In this document: piece after piece, positions 27,155 through 36,719 of the stretch
Layout: every line of letters begins with the position of its first letter
Position numbering within the stretch: position 1 is the first letter of the stretch
NCBI GenBank assembly: GCA_019245575.1
Contig: JAFARE010000001.1
Span: forward strand, 268,015 to 332,014
DNA: 64,000 bases
Direction of reading: 5' to 3'
Source of the DNA: Candidatus Dormiibacterota bacterium
Lineage (GTDB): Bacteria > Chloroflexota > Dormibacteria > Aeolococcales > Aeolococcaceae
Program-made: the position numbers and the translations under genes
The notes under the pieces: model-generated
Seen by the model: only the letters and a program-made list of their open reading frames with translations
Databases searched by the model: none
Told to the model about the DNA's origin: nothing

Positions 27155-27165
27155 AACGATTCGTT
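27155..27165. promoter_or_regulatory. Palindrome AACGA-T-TCGTT between the divergent ppx and ppk promoters (possible operator)
   Basis: Perfect 5+1+5 palindrome in the AT-richer 168-nt intergenic region. Confidence 0.2.
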
Positions 27166-27217
27166 AACAACTGTCCGTCGGCGCAGGCGAACCGAGACGG
27201 CCCGCCGCAGGCCGGTT

Positions 27218-27223
27218 TATCCT
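27218..27223 (+). promoter_or_regulatory. Putative -10 (TATCCT) for leaderless ppk
   Basis: TATCCT lies 6 nt upstream of ATG 27230. Confidence 0.4.
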
Positions 27224-27229
27224 CGGGTC

Positions 27230-29344
27230 ATGGCGCAGCGGCCGCAGGTGGTCTCCCCGCTCCTGGATGTGTCGACGCGCCTCGGGCCGGTGCCCGCCCG
27301 GGAGTCGCTCGGCGGCGAGATCAACCGGGAGCTGAGCTGGCTCGACTTCAACACGCGCGTGCTCGCGCTGGCGGAAGACGAGCGCACCCCGCTGCTGGAG
27401 CGGGCAAAGTTTCTCGCCATCTGCAGCCGTAACCTGGACGAGTTCTTCCAGGTCCGCGTGGGTGGTCTCAAACAGCAGCTGCTGCTCGGCGTGGCACAGC
27501 GCTCGCCGGACGGCATGACCCCGCGGGAGCAGCTGCGCGCCATTCGCTCCCGTGTCAGCGACCTGGTGATGCGCCAGTCTTACTGCTTCGGCGCTGACGT
27601 CGCCCTGGGCCTGGAGCGCGCGGGCGTGCGGTTGGTCGACTGGGCGTCGCTGGATCGCGCGGATCGCGATCACCTTTCCGGCGTGTTCACCACCGAGATG
27701 TTCCCGGTGCTCACTCCTCTCGCGGTCGACCCGGCGCACCCGTTCCCGTACATATCCAACCTTTCGCTCAACCTCGCCGTGGTGGTGCGCGACATGGATA
27801 CGCAGACGTCGCACGTGGCCCGAATCAAGGTGCCGCCGCTGCTGCAGCGCTTCGTGCCACTGCGTGACGGCGAACGGTTCGTGCCTGTCGAGCAGGTCAT
27901 CGCCGCTCACCTCGACGAGCTCTTCCCGCACATGCGCGTGGTGTCGCATCACTCGTTCCGGCTCACGCGCAACGCCGACTACGACCTCGAGGCCGAGGAG
28001 GCGGAAGATTTGCTCGAGGCTGTGCAGTCTGTCCTCGAGCAGCGCCGCCGCTCGCCCCTGGCGGTGCGCCTCGAGGTGGAGTCGGGCACGGCGGACGAGG
28101 TCTGCACGCTGCTGACGCGCGAGCTCGACCTCGAGAGTGACGACGTGTACTCCGTGACGGCGCCGCTGGACCTCGGCGGCCTGTGGGAGCTGTACGCGAT
28201 CGCCCGGCCCGACCTCAAGTACCCGGCGTGGGCGCCGGTGACGGCGCCACCACTGGCGGCCGCGCGCGGCGAGTCACCGCCCGACATCTTCCGCGTGCTG
28301 CGCGCGCGTGACGTGCTTGTGCACCATCCCTATGAGTCATTCGCCACCTCCGTCGAGGCATTCGTGGAGCAGGCGGCCGCGGACCCGCGTGTGCTCGCGA
28401 TCAAGCAGACGCTGTACCGCACCAGCGGCTCCGTGTCACCCATCATCCACGCGCTGGTGCGTGCCGCTGAGTCCGGCAAGCAGGTGGTTGCGCTCATCGA
28501 GCTCACCGCGCGCTTCGACGAGCAGGCCAACATCGAGTGGGCGCAGATGCTGGAGGACGCCGGCGTGCACGTGGTGTACGGGATCGTCGGTCTCAAGACC
28601 CACGCGAAGCTCACGCTGGTGGTGCGCCAGGAGGAGTCGGGCATCCGCCGCTACTGCCACTTGGGCAGCGGCAACTACAACCCGGACACCGCGCGCGTCT
28701 ACGAGGATGTCGGCCTGTTCACCGGCGACGCGGGCTTCGGCGCCGACCTGTCGGACCTCTTCAACCTGCTCACCGGGTACAGCCGCCAGCGCGAATACCA
28801 CGAGCTGCTGGTGGCGCCGCTCACGCTGCGCTCTGAGCTGATCGACCTCATCGACCGCGAGTCGAAGCCGGGCGGTCTCATCGCCATCAAGGTCAACAGC
28901 CTGGTCGACGGCGAGATCATCCAGGCGCTGTACCGTGCCTCGCAGTCGGGCGCGGACGTGGACCTCCTGGTGCGGGGCATCTGCTGTCTGCGCGCCGGCG
29001 TCCCGGGACTCTCGGAGCGCATCCGCGTGCGCTCCATCGTGGGACGGTACCTCGAGCATTCGCGCATCTATCGTTTCGGCGCGCCACCGGATGCGGCGCA
29101 TTTCGTGGGCTCCGCCGACATGATGCCGCGCAACCTGGACCGGCGCCTGGAGGTGCTGTTCCCGGTGCTCGCGCCGACGCTGCGCGAGCGTCTCGACGAG
29201 ATCTTCGAGGTGGAGCTTGCAGACGACGCGCTGGCGTGGGAGCTCAAGGGTGACACCTGGAGCCGCGTGCCGGAGAGCGAGGGGCTCGACGCCCAGGAGC
29301 GCCTGCAGCAGCTGGCACTCGAGCGCGCCCGCACGCAGGGGTGA
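27230..29344 (+). CDS. ppk: Polyphosphate kinase 1
   Basis: 704 aa. NRELSWLDFNTRVL N-terminal motif, GLKTHAKL autophosphorylation His region and two PLD-like C-terminal domains. ATG 27230 lies within ORF 26978-29344. Confidence 0.92.
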   Translation: MAQRPQVVSPLLDVSTRLGPVPARESLGGEINRELSWLDFNTRVLALAEDERTPLLERAKFLAICSRNLDEFFQVRVGGLKQQLLLGVAQRSPDGMTPREQLRAIRSRVSDLVMRQSYCFGADVALGLERAGVRLVDWASLDRADRDHLSGVFTTEMFPVLTPLAVDPAHPFPYISNLSLNLAVVVRDMDTQTSHVARIKVPPLLQRFVPLRDGERFVPVEQVIAAHLDELFPHMRVVSHHSFRLTRNADYDLEAEEAEDLLEAVQSVLEQRRRSPLAVRLEVESGTADEVCTLLTRELDLESDDVYSVTAPLDLGGLWELYAIARPDLKYPAWAPVTAPPLAAARGESPPDIFRVLRARDVLVHHPYESFATSVEAFVEQAAADPRVLAIKQTLYRTSGSVSPIIHALVRAAESGKQVVALIELTARFDEQANIEWAQMLEDAGVHVVYGIVGLKTHAKLTLVVRQEESGIRRYCHLGSGNYNPDTARVYEDVGLFTGDAGFGADLSDLFNLLTGYSRQREYHELLVAPLTLRSELIDLIDRESKPGGLIAIKVNSLVDGEIIQALYRASQSGADVDLLVRGICCLRAGVPGLSERIRVRSIVGRYLEHSRIYRFGAPPDAAHFVGSADMMPRNLDRRLEVLFPVLAPTLRERLDEIFEVELADDALAWELKGDTWSRVPESEGLDAQERLQQLALERARTQG

Positions 29345-30828
29345 CGGGCGCGGAGGTCCACACATGGTCGTTGCCTGCGCGTCCACGCGAGCGCGCGGTC
29401 GTGCTCACGGGGGTGCAGGGCCTGGCTGTGCGCGGGACGCGTTCGCGCAGCCGTACCGCAGTGCATGTGGACACCGATGACCTGCGCCTCACGCGCTGGG
29501 GTTGCGCGCTGGCTCGCTATGAGGACGAGGGGTGGCTGCTGACGCTGCCGGCGGGTGATGACACCGGCCCGCAGCTCGTCGCCAGGGAGCTGCGATTTGC
29601 GCCATCCGGCCGTGACGTGCCGGAGGAGGCGGCGGATCTGCTCACCGCGCTGACGCGTGGCGCGCGGCTCCGGCCGGTGCTGCGCGCGCGCATCGAGGAG
29701 GTGACGTCGACGGTTGCGCAGCGAAGCGCAGGCGCAGCCGCCCAGGTGCGCGACAGCCGTGTCGTCGCCTTCGCCGGGCGGCGCATCGCCGGTCGTTTCC
29801 ACGACGTGGAGGTGATCACGCGCTCCAAGGACACCGGCGCCCGCGTCGTCGAAGCGCTTGACCGCCTCCTCCACGGCCTCGGTGCGGAGCAGAGCGACGG
29901 AGCGCCGCTGCTGCGCCGTGCGCTGGCCGCCGCCGCTGTGGAGCCGGACGTCGTGGTGCACCGGGCCACCAAGCACGGTTCTGCCCGCGATGCGATCCAG
30001 CGCGCCATCGCCGCGTCCGTGCTGCGCCTGCTGATGCACGACGCCGCCGTGCGAGTAGGCACCGACCCAGAGGGTGTGCACCAGGCGCGCGTGGCCACGC
30101 GGCGCCTGCGATCCGACCTGCGCACGTTCGCGCCGCTCCTGGACGAGGCGTGGACGCGGAGCGTGCGCGACGACCTGCACCGGCTCGCCGACCTGCTGGG
30201 TGCGGTGCGCGACGCCGAGGTGATGCGCGCGCGGCTAGCGGCTGCCACCGCGCGCCTGCCCGGCAGCGAGCGGCGCGCGGCGCGACGGCCGCTCGCGTCG
30301 CTGACCGCGGACCGCAACCGAGCTCGCGCGACGCTGCTGAGGGAGATGCGGTCGGAGACGTACACACGGCTGCTCGACGAGCTCGTCGATGCGGCCGCTC
30401 ATCCACGCACATCCGATGCGGCCGCCGGGCGCGCGTCCACGTTGCTGCCATCTTTGGCACAAAAGCCGTGGCGTCGGCTGCAGGCGCGGGTGCGCGACCT
30501 GGGCCCCGAGCCTGCCGACAGTGAGCTGCACGAGGTGCGCATCCTGGCCAAGCGCGCGCGATACGCGGCCGAGGCGGTGGCGCCGGTGAGCCGCAGCGCG
30601 GTGGCTCGCTTCGCCCGCGCCGTCGCCGCGGTGCAAGATGAGCTCGGTGAGCACCACGATGCGGTCGTCGCCGAGGCCTGGTTGCGTGAGTCGGCGTCGC
30701 GCGGGTCGGACGCGATGGTGATGGGCGAGCTCATCGGCGCCGAGCGGGCGGCGGCGGCGGCCGCGCGAGCCGCGTGGCCGGCGCTGTGGGCGGACGCCGT
30801 GGAGGCGCGGCCCAAGGGCTGGGCGTGA
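29341..30828 (+). CDS. CYTH-like + CHAD domain protein
   Basis: The C-terminal half has the CHAD helical repeats (VHQARVATRRLRSDLRTF, LHEVRILAKRARYAAE). GTGA overlap with ppk. Confidence 0.8.
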   Translation: MTGAEVHTWSLPARPRERAVVLTGVQGLAVRGTRSRSRTAVHVDTDDLRLTRWGCALARYEDEGWLLTLPAGDDTGPQLVARELRFAPSGRDVPEEAADLLTALTRGARLRPVLRARIEEVTSTVAQRSAGAAAQVRDSRVVAFAGRRIAGRFHDVEVITRSKDTGARVVEALDRLLHGLGAEQSDGAPLLRRALAAAAVEPDVVVHRATKHGSARDAIQRAIAASVLRLLMHDAAVRVGTDPEGVHQARVATRRLRSDLRTFAPLLDEAWTRSVRDDLHRLADLLGAVRDAEVMRARLAAATARLPGSERRAARRPLASLTADRNRARATLLREMRSETYTRLLDELVDAAAHPRTSDAAAGRASTLLPSLAQKPWRRLQARVRDLGPEPADSELHEVRILAKRARYAAEAVAPVSRSAVARFARAVAAVQDELGEHHDAVVAEAWLRESASRGSDAMVMGELIGAERAAAAAARAAWPALWADAVEARPKGWA

Positions 30829-31292
30829 ACCGCGTGTTCCTGGTGCGCCATGCCCACGCCGGCGACCGCGAGCGCTGGACGGGACCGGACGAGGAGCGGC
30901 CGCTCAGTGAGAAGGGGCGGCGCCAGGCGGACGCGCTTGCCGGCCTGCTCGAGACAGAGCGGCTCGACCGCGTGGTCTCCAGCCCGGCGCTGCGCTGCGT
31001 TCAGACGGTCGAGGCGCTGGCGGCGGCGCGCGGCCTCGAGGTCGAGCAGGACGCCCGCCTGCTCGAGGGCCACGATCCCGACGACACCATGCGCTTGCTC
31101 GAAGACGCGGTACAGGGGGAGTCGCTGGTCGCGTGCACGCACGGCGACCTGGTGCCTGCCGTGCTCGAGCGCCTCGCAGCGGCGGGCCTCGTCCTGCGCG
31201 ACGACGCCCGCTGGTCCAAGGCTTCGACCTGGGTGCTGGAGGCGGAGAACGGCCGCTGGCTCTCCACCCGCTATCTCCCGCCACCCGGCTGA
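30825..31292 (+). CDS. Histidine phosphatase family protein (SixA-like)
   Basis: VFLVRHAHAG (RHA catalytic motif) and a later CTHGD motif. GTG 30825 overlaps the CHAD stop (GTGA). Confidence 0.75.
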   Translation: MNRVFLVRHAHAGDRERWTGPDEERPLSEKGRRQADALAGLLETERLDRVVSSPALRCVQTVEALAAARGLEVEQDARLLEGHDPDDTMRLLEDAVQGESLVACTHGDLVPAVLERLAAAGLVLRDDARWSKASTWVLEAENGRWLSTRYLPPPG

Positions 31293-31315
31293 CCCCGCCG
31301 GCGCATTAATCCTTC

Positions 31316-32809
31316 ATGCGCCTCTCCACGCTGCTGGCTGCGGCCGGCATCGATGCCGCCACAAGCTCCGACCCGGAGATCACGCGGATCGACTACGACT
31401 CGCGGTCCTGTGAGCCGGGGTCGCTCTTCGTGGCGGTGCGCGGCTTCCACGCCGACGGACACGACTTCGCTGCCGGGGCCGTGGAGCGCGGGGCGGTCGC
31501 GGTCGTGGCCGGCCACGGCATGGCGCAGGTTCGCGCGGCGCTCGTCGTCGTACCCGACACCCGGGTGGCTCTGTCAGCCCTGGCGGCGGCGTGGCATGGC
31601 TTTCCCAGCCGGGACATGTGCGTGGCCGGGATCACGGGCACCGACGGAAAGACGACCACGGCGACGATGCTCTGGGCGGCGTGGGCCGCGTCGGGGCTCG
31701 CCGCGGGCTCGTTGACGACGGTCGACTGGCGCAGCCGCGGCACGGTCACGGCGAACAAGAGCCGGCAGACGACCCTGGAGGCGCCGGAGCTGCAGGAACA
31801 CCTGGCGCGACTGCGCGCCGACGGCGTCACGCATGCGGCGGTGGAGACGTCGTCCCACGCGCTGGAGCTGCACCGGGCCGACCACGTGGCCTACCGCGCC
31901 GGCGTCTACACGCGCATCACCTCGGAGCACCTGGAGCTGCACGGCAGCCGCGAGGCCTACCTGCGAGCCAAGGCCCGGCTGCTGGAACTGGTCGGGCCGC
32001 GGCCGGACGGCGTGGCCGTGCTCGACCCCGAAGACGACTTCGCCTACCCGTTGCTCTCGCGCATTCCCGTGGCCAGCCGGCTCACTTACACCACATCGCC
32101 GGACGCGCCGGCCGACGTGCGCGCGGAGCGGCTGGACCAGGGTCCCCGGGGCCTCCGGGTGGCAGCTGCGACGCCGTGGGGACGCGCCGAGTTCTCACTC
32201 CGCCTGGCGGGCAGGTTCAACGCGGCAAACGCCCTGGCCGCGCTCACCGCCGCGTGCGCCACCGGAGCCGGCCTGGACGGCGCCGTGCGCGGGTTGGAGG
32301 GCCTGGAGCGCGTCGACGGGCGCATGGAACGCGTGGAGGCGGGGCAGCCCTTCACCGTCGTGATCGACTACGCGCACACAGCCGAGGCGCTGCACCAGGC
32401 GCTCACCGAGTTGCGGCCCGCGACTTCGGGACGCCTCTGGGTGGTGTTCGGCTCCGCCGGTGAGCGCGACGTGGCCAAGCGGCCGGCCATGGGGGCCGTC
32501 GCCGCCCGGCTCGCCGACGTCAGCGTGATCACCGACGAGGACCCCCGGCTGGAGGATCGCCTGCGCATCCTGGAGGACATCGCCGCCGGCGCCACCGAGG
32601 CGGGCGGGCGCCGTGGGGAGGACGTCGTGGTGGTGCCCGACCGCTCCGAGGCCATCGACTTCGCCGTGGCCCACGCGGCTGAGGGCGACACCGTGCTGCT
32701 CGCCGGCAAGGGCCACGAGAGCACGCTCATCAGCGGAGCCACGGCCCAGCCATGGGACGAGCGGGCGGTGGCCGAGGACGCGATCCGGCGCCGCCTCGCC
32801 GGCGCCTGA
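31316..32809 (+). CDS. murE: UDP-N-acetylmuramoyl-L-alanyl-D-glutamate--2,6-diaminopimelate ligase-type Mur ligase
   Basis: GITGTDGKTTT P-loop and Mur ligase middle and C-terminal domains. The DNPR-equivalent motif reads DEDPR. Confidence 0.85.
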   Translation: MRLSTLLAAAGIDAATSSDPEITRIDYDSRSCEPGSLFVAVRGFHADGHDFAAGAVERGAVAVVAGHGMAQVRAALVVVPDTRVALSALAAAWHGFPSRDMCVAGITGTDGKTTTATMLWAAWAASGLAAGSLTTVDWRSRGTVTANKSRQTTLEAPELQEHLARLRADGVTHAAVETSSHALELHRADHVAYRAGVYTRITSEHLELHGSREAYLRAKARLLELVGPRPDGVAVLDPEDDFAYPLLSRIPVASRLTYTTSPDAPADVRAERLDQGPRGLRVAAATPWGRAEFSLRLAGRFNAANALAALTAACATGAGLDGAVRGLEGLERVDGRMERVEAGQPFTVVIDYAHTAEALHQALTELRPATSGRLWVVFGSAGERDVAKRPAMGAVAARLADVSVITDEDPRLEDRLRILEDIAAGATEAGGRRGEDVVVVPDRSEAIDFAVAHAAEGDTVLLAGKGHESTLISGATAQPWDERAVAEDAIRRRLAGA

Positions 32810-32810
32810 C

Positions 32811-33452
32811 TCAGCCCAGCGGGAGACGGCGGGGTGTGCCCGGGCGGCGCGGAAAGCGCTCCGGGGTCGGCGCCGCCTTGGCCACGGTGAGGATGCCGCC
32901 CTCGCCCTGCGGCGGTCCGCCGCCGAGCACGGCCGCGGCGGCGGCGCACTCCTCCGCTGCCTGGGCGGCATCCGACACCAGGGCCAACAGCCGGCCGCCG
33001 GGGCGCACGAGCGGAAGCGCCAGCTCGCAGAGCACCGCCGGGGCGGCCACCGCCCGGGCCAGGGCAAGGTCGTGGCACTCGCGCATACCGGGGTCGCGCC
33101 CGGCATCCTCGGCGCGGCGCGGCGCCACGCGCACATTCCCGAGACGGAGCTCACCTGCCGCGTGGTCGAGGAACGCCGCCTTGCGCGTGTCGGCCTCGAG
33201 CAGCGTCACCGCCAGGTCGGGACGGAGGATCGCCACGACGAGACCGGGGGCGCCGGAGCCGGAGCCCACGTCGACCACGGCCTGGCCGGCGGCCGGCGCC
33301 GCTGCCGCCAGGAGACGGGCGCTCTCCTCCACGTGCCGCGTCCAGCGCTCTCCGGGCGGGACCGCCGTCAGGTTGGTGCGCGCGTTCCAGCGCGCCATCT
33401 CCTCGAGATAGCGGGTCAGCTCCGCCCGGTGCGCCTGAATCGGTTGTTCCAT
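32811..33452 (-). CDS. rsmG: 16S rRNA (guanine527-N7)-methyltransferase
   Basis: WNARTNLTAV and SAM motif VVDVGSGSGAPG. ATG 33452 lies within ORF 32811-33611. Confidence 0.8.
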   Translation of the reverse strand: MEQPIQAHRAELTRYLEEMARWNARTNLTAVPPGERWTRHVEESARLLAAAAPAAGQAVVDVGSGSGAPGLVVAILRPDLAVTLLEADTRKAAFLDHAAGELRLGNVRVAPRRAEDAGRDPGMRECHDLALARAVAAPAVLCELALPLVRPGGRLLALVSDAAQAAEECAAAAAVLGGGPPQGEGGILTVAKAAPTPERFPRRPGTPRRLPLG

Positions 33453-33506
33453 GCGGCTCCAACTCATGCGATCATTGTCGAGACGGAGCGCGGGCGAATC
33501 GGGTCT

Positions 33507-33704
33507 ATGGAGAGCGAGATGGAGGAGCGTGAGCACTGCAAGGCGTGCGGCGGCGACATGCTCTCCGTGCTGTACTACGGCGCTGACGGCGAACCCGTCG
33601 GCGGCTACCACGTCTGCTCCAACTGCGGGCCGCGCAGCGTCGTCGAGATGAGCGCCACGGCCGCGGAGATCCGGCGCAAGCTGCTCGAGCGCAAGGCCTC
33701 CTAG
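33507..33704 (+). CDS. Small zinc-ribbon protein (65 aa)
   Basis: CKAC-x22-CSNC. Very high third-position GC across the whole ORF. ATG 33507 lies inside the long spurious ORF 32613-33704. Confidence 0.5.
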   Translation: MESEMEEREHCKACGGDMLSVLYYGADGEPVGGYHVCSNCGPRSVVEMSATAAEIRRKLLERKAS

Positions 33705-33790
33705 CCTCCGCTGTCACGGAACCGCGACGCCTGTTGACGGCGCGGTGACGCCGCCCGGGTGCTCCATCGACGGGTGGGAGACTGCCCGAG

Positions 33791-34954
33791 ATGCAGCCGA
33801 CGTCGCTTTGGCTTGCCCGCCGTCGCGTGGCCCTCGCCTCGCCGCTGGTCGGGATGCTGACGTTCATCGCGCAGCCCGCCGCCGCGGCGGGTGACCCCAA
33901 CGCGGACGTCAACAGCGCAAACCAGAACCTGCACAACGCGCAGGCTCAGGCCCAGGGCGCCGACGCCGCGCTGCGCAACGCGCAGGCGCAGCTGGCCGCG
34001 GCGACGGCGCAGCTCGCCGACCTGGGGCAGCGCATCACCGGCCTCGACGCCGCCATCGCCGGCGACACGGCGTCACTGAACACGCTGCGGCTGCAGCTGG
34101 ACGCCGACCGAGCGCACCTCGCCACGTACCTGCGCCAGGCGTACGAGAACGGCGGCTCCGAGGCCGACCTCGTCTACATCATCTCCGCCGGCGACATCGC
34201 CACGGCGATCCAGCGCAAGGTGCAGGTCGACCACGTCGCGACAGCCGCCCAGCAGCTCGTGGACCGCATCAACGACGACACCAAGCGCGCGGCGGCGACG
34301 CTCGCGCAGGATGACGCGGCCCGCCAGCAGCTGACCGTGGCGGAACAGCAGGCGCAGACCACACGGGCGTTGATCGCAGTGCAGGAGGAACAGGTGCAGA
34401 TGGCGGATGTGGCCGCGCACGACGCGGTGCAGCAGGCGCAGACGCAGCTCAGCGCCGCTGAGGCCGCGCTGGCCGCGGCACGGGCCGCGGGCACCGTCTA
34501 CCTGCCGGTGGCAGGCGCCGTCTTCACCGAGGACACCGACCTCACCCAGCCGTCGGGCGAGACCGCGGCGCGCATCAACTCCTTCCTGCAGGGCACTGCG
34601 CTGGCGGGGCTGGGCGACAGCTTCATGCATGCCGAGCAGCAGTTCCACGTGAGCGCGCGGTATTTCGTGGCGCACGCCATCCTCGAGTCCGACTGGGGCA
34701 CCAGCGCCATCGCCCAAGACAAGCACAACCTCTTCGGATTCAACGCCGACGACGCCAACCCATACGGCGACGCGACGAGCTTCCCGAGCTTCGACGCCTG
34801 CATCCAGGCCGTGGCTCGCTTCGTGGCGACGAACTACCTCAGCTCCTCCGGGCCCTTCTACCACGGGCCGACGCTGCGCGGGATGAACGTGGACTACGCG
34901 TCGGACCCGGGCTGGGCGGCAAAGATCGCCAGCATCGCGCGCACGATTCCCTGA
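33791..34954 (+). CDS. Secreted peptidoglycan hydrolase: coiled-coil N-terminal region + glucosaminidase (LytD/FlgJ-type) domain
   Basis: Signal peptide, Ala/Gln-rich coiled coil, and a C-terminal FVAHAILESDWGTSAIAQDKHNLFGFNA glucosaminidase motif. Confidence 0.75.
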   Translation: MQPTSLWLARRRVALASPLVGMLTFIAQPAAAAGDPNADVNSANQNLHNAQAQAQGADAALRNAQAQLAAATAQLADLGQRITGLDAAIAGDTASLNTLRLQLDADRAHLATYLRQAYENGGSEADLVYIISAGDIATAIQRKVQVDHVATAAQQLVDRINDDTKRAAATLAQDDAARQQLTVAEQQAQTTRALIAVQEEQVQMADVAAHDAVQQAQTQLSAAEAALAAARAAGTVYLPVAGAVFTEDTDLTQPSGETAARINSFLQGTALAGLGDSFMHAEQQFHVSARYFVAHAILESDWGTSAIAQDKHNLFGFNADDANPYGDATSFPSFDACIQAVARFVATNYLSSSGPFYHGPTLRGMNVDYASDPGWAAKIASIARTIP

Positions 34955-34979
34955 ACAGTCGAGGGCGGATCAGCAGCCG

Positions 34980-34985
34980 TAGAGT
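34980..34985 (+). promoter_or_regulatory. Putative -10 (TAGAGT) for the leaderless GH15 gene
   Basis: TAGAGT lies 6 nt upstream of GTG 34992. Confidence 0.4.
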
Positions 34986-34991
34986 CGCGCG

Positions 34992-36707
34992 GTGCAGCAC
35001 GACATCGGCGACCACGCGCTGCTGGCCGACTCGCGCACTGCAGCACTGATCGATCCCGAGGGCAATGTGGCGTGGATGTGCTGGCCGCGCGTCGACTCGC
35101 CGCCGCTGCTCTTCTCCATCCTGGATGAGACGCGCGGCGGCTGCTTCTCGGTCCGGCCGGCGGCGCCTCTGGGTCGACCCACACGCGCCTACCACGCGTC
35201 GACGCTGGTGCTGCAGACGAGATGGGCCGTCGCCGGTGGCACGCTGATCGCGGAAGACGCGCTGCTGCTTCGCAGCGGGCCGGCGCTGGTGCGGCGCGTC
35301 CGGGCCGAAGGGTGCGAGGTCGAGGTGGAGGTGCGCTTCGGCTGCGCCGGCCGGCTGCTGGCGCAGGCCAATACTCTCGATGTCGCTGCCCGCACCAGGC
35401 TGCACCTTGTGAGCGCCGCGCCTTGGACGGTCAGCGAGGGAAGCGCGGTATCGCGCTTCACCGTAGCCGCGGGTGAGGAGTTCGCAGTCATTCTCGCCGC
35501 TCCAGGCTCGGCCAACGTTGCGGACATAGATGGCGACATCTCGACATGGCGCAGACATTCATCCGGCGCTGCGCGCCTCACGCCGTCGACGCTTGCGGCC
35601 GCATCATCCGATGTGATGGCGATCCGCGACACGGCGGCAACCTCGATCTGCGTGATTCTCGGGCTGGCGCAGCACGGCGGAGGCATCGTCGCGGCGCCGA
35701 CGACATCACTGCCCCAGTGGCCCGGATCGGGGCGCACCTGGGACTACCGCTTCTGCTGGATGCGTGACGCCGCGCTCGCCGGGGTCGCGCTGACGCACGT
35801 TGGGCAGGTCGAGGCCGCACACACATTGGGAGACTTCCTCGGCGGCGCTGTGATGGAGCACGGCGTGCGTCCCGTGTATCGCGTCGACGGCGGGCTGCCG
35901 GCCGAGGAGGCGAAGCAACCGCGCCTCGCTGGATATCGCGGCGCGCGGCCGGTGCGCTTCGGCAACGCCGCCGCTGCGCAGGCGCAGCTCGACGCGCCCG
36001 CCGAGCTGATGGAGCTCGTGTGGGCGCTCGCGGCGCACGGCCATGTCCCCAGCGCGCTTGCCGCTGCGGCGACGATGTGCGCGGATTGGATCGCTGACCA
36101 CTGGCGCGAGCCCGACCACGGCATCTGGGAGATCCGCGGGCCGGCGCGCCACTACACGCATTCGCGCGCGATGGCGTGCATGGCGCTGCGCGGCGCCGCG
36201 GACCTCTCAGCGCGCGGCGTGCTCCGCGGGAACGACAGCGCATGGCGCGGCGCGGCGGATGCCGTCGGCCGTGAGATCCGTCCTGCCGCGAGCGGCGCCC
36301 TCGAGCTGCACCGCGACGGCGGCGGCGCCGACGCGGCGCTCGCGCTCGTGTCGCACGTCGGATTCCTCCCCGCCGAAGACCCGCTCAACGTGCGCACGCT
36401 CCAGCTGCTGCGCGAGCGCCTCGACCGCAACGGCCTGCTGGAGCGCTACGAGGGGACGCCCGACGCGATACCCGACCCGTGCCATCCATTCGTGTTCCCC
36501 ACCTTCTGGATGGCGGAGGCCGCCGCTGCCGCAGGGATGGACGGCGCCCGCCATCTCCGCGCGGCCTTCGCGACGCGCGGCGCGCTGAACCTGTTCGGCG
36601 AGGTCGCGAACCCGGGCGACCACTCAGCGCAGGGCAACTACCCGCAGGTGCAGAGCCACGCCGCATTTCTCATCGCGAGCACCGAGGGGGTGGCAACAGG
36701 GAAGTGA
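34992..36707 (+). CDS. Glycoside hydrolase family 15 (glucoamylase/trehalase-like)
   Basis: 571 aa. N-terminal ALIDPEGNVAWMCWPRVDS and catalytic-domain WDYRFCWMRDAA pattern. Confidence 0.85.
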   Translation: MQHDIGDHALLADSRTAALIDPEGNVAWMCWPRVDSPPLLFSILDETRGGCFSVRPAAPLGRPTRAYHASTLVLQTRWAVAGGTLIAEDALLLRSGPALVRRVRAEGCEVEVEVRFGCAGRLLAQANTLDVAARTRLHLVSAAPWTVSEGSAVSRFTVAAGEEFAVILAAPGSANVADIDGDISTWRRHSSGAARLTPSTLAAASSDVMAIRDTAATSICVILGLAQHGGGIVAAPTTSLPQWPGSGRTWDYRFCWMRDAALAGVALTHVGQVEAAHTLGDFLGGAVMEHGVRPVYRVDGGLPAEEAKQPRLAGYRGARPVRFGNAAAAQAQLDAPAELMELVWALAAHGHVPSALAAAATMCADWIADHWREPDHGIWEIRGPARHYTHSRAMACMALRGAADLSARGVLRGNDSAWRGAADAVGREIRPAASGALELHRDGGGADAALALVSHVGFLPAEDPLNVRTLQLLRERLDRNGLLERYEGTPDAIPDPCHPFVFPTFWMAEAAAAAGMDGARHLRAAFATRGALNLFGEVANPGDHSAQGNYPQVQSHAAFLIASTEGVATGK

Positions 36708-36719
36708 ATCCCTATTCGC

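Noticed and set aside
31305-31310. ATTAAT as a leaderless -10 for murE
   Set aside because: The hexamer does not fit TANNNT and lies only 5 nt from the ATG, so it is too weak to call.
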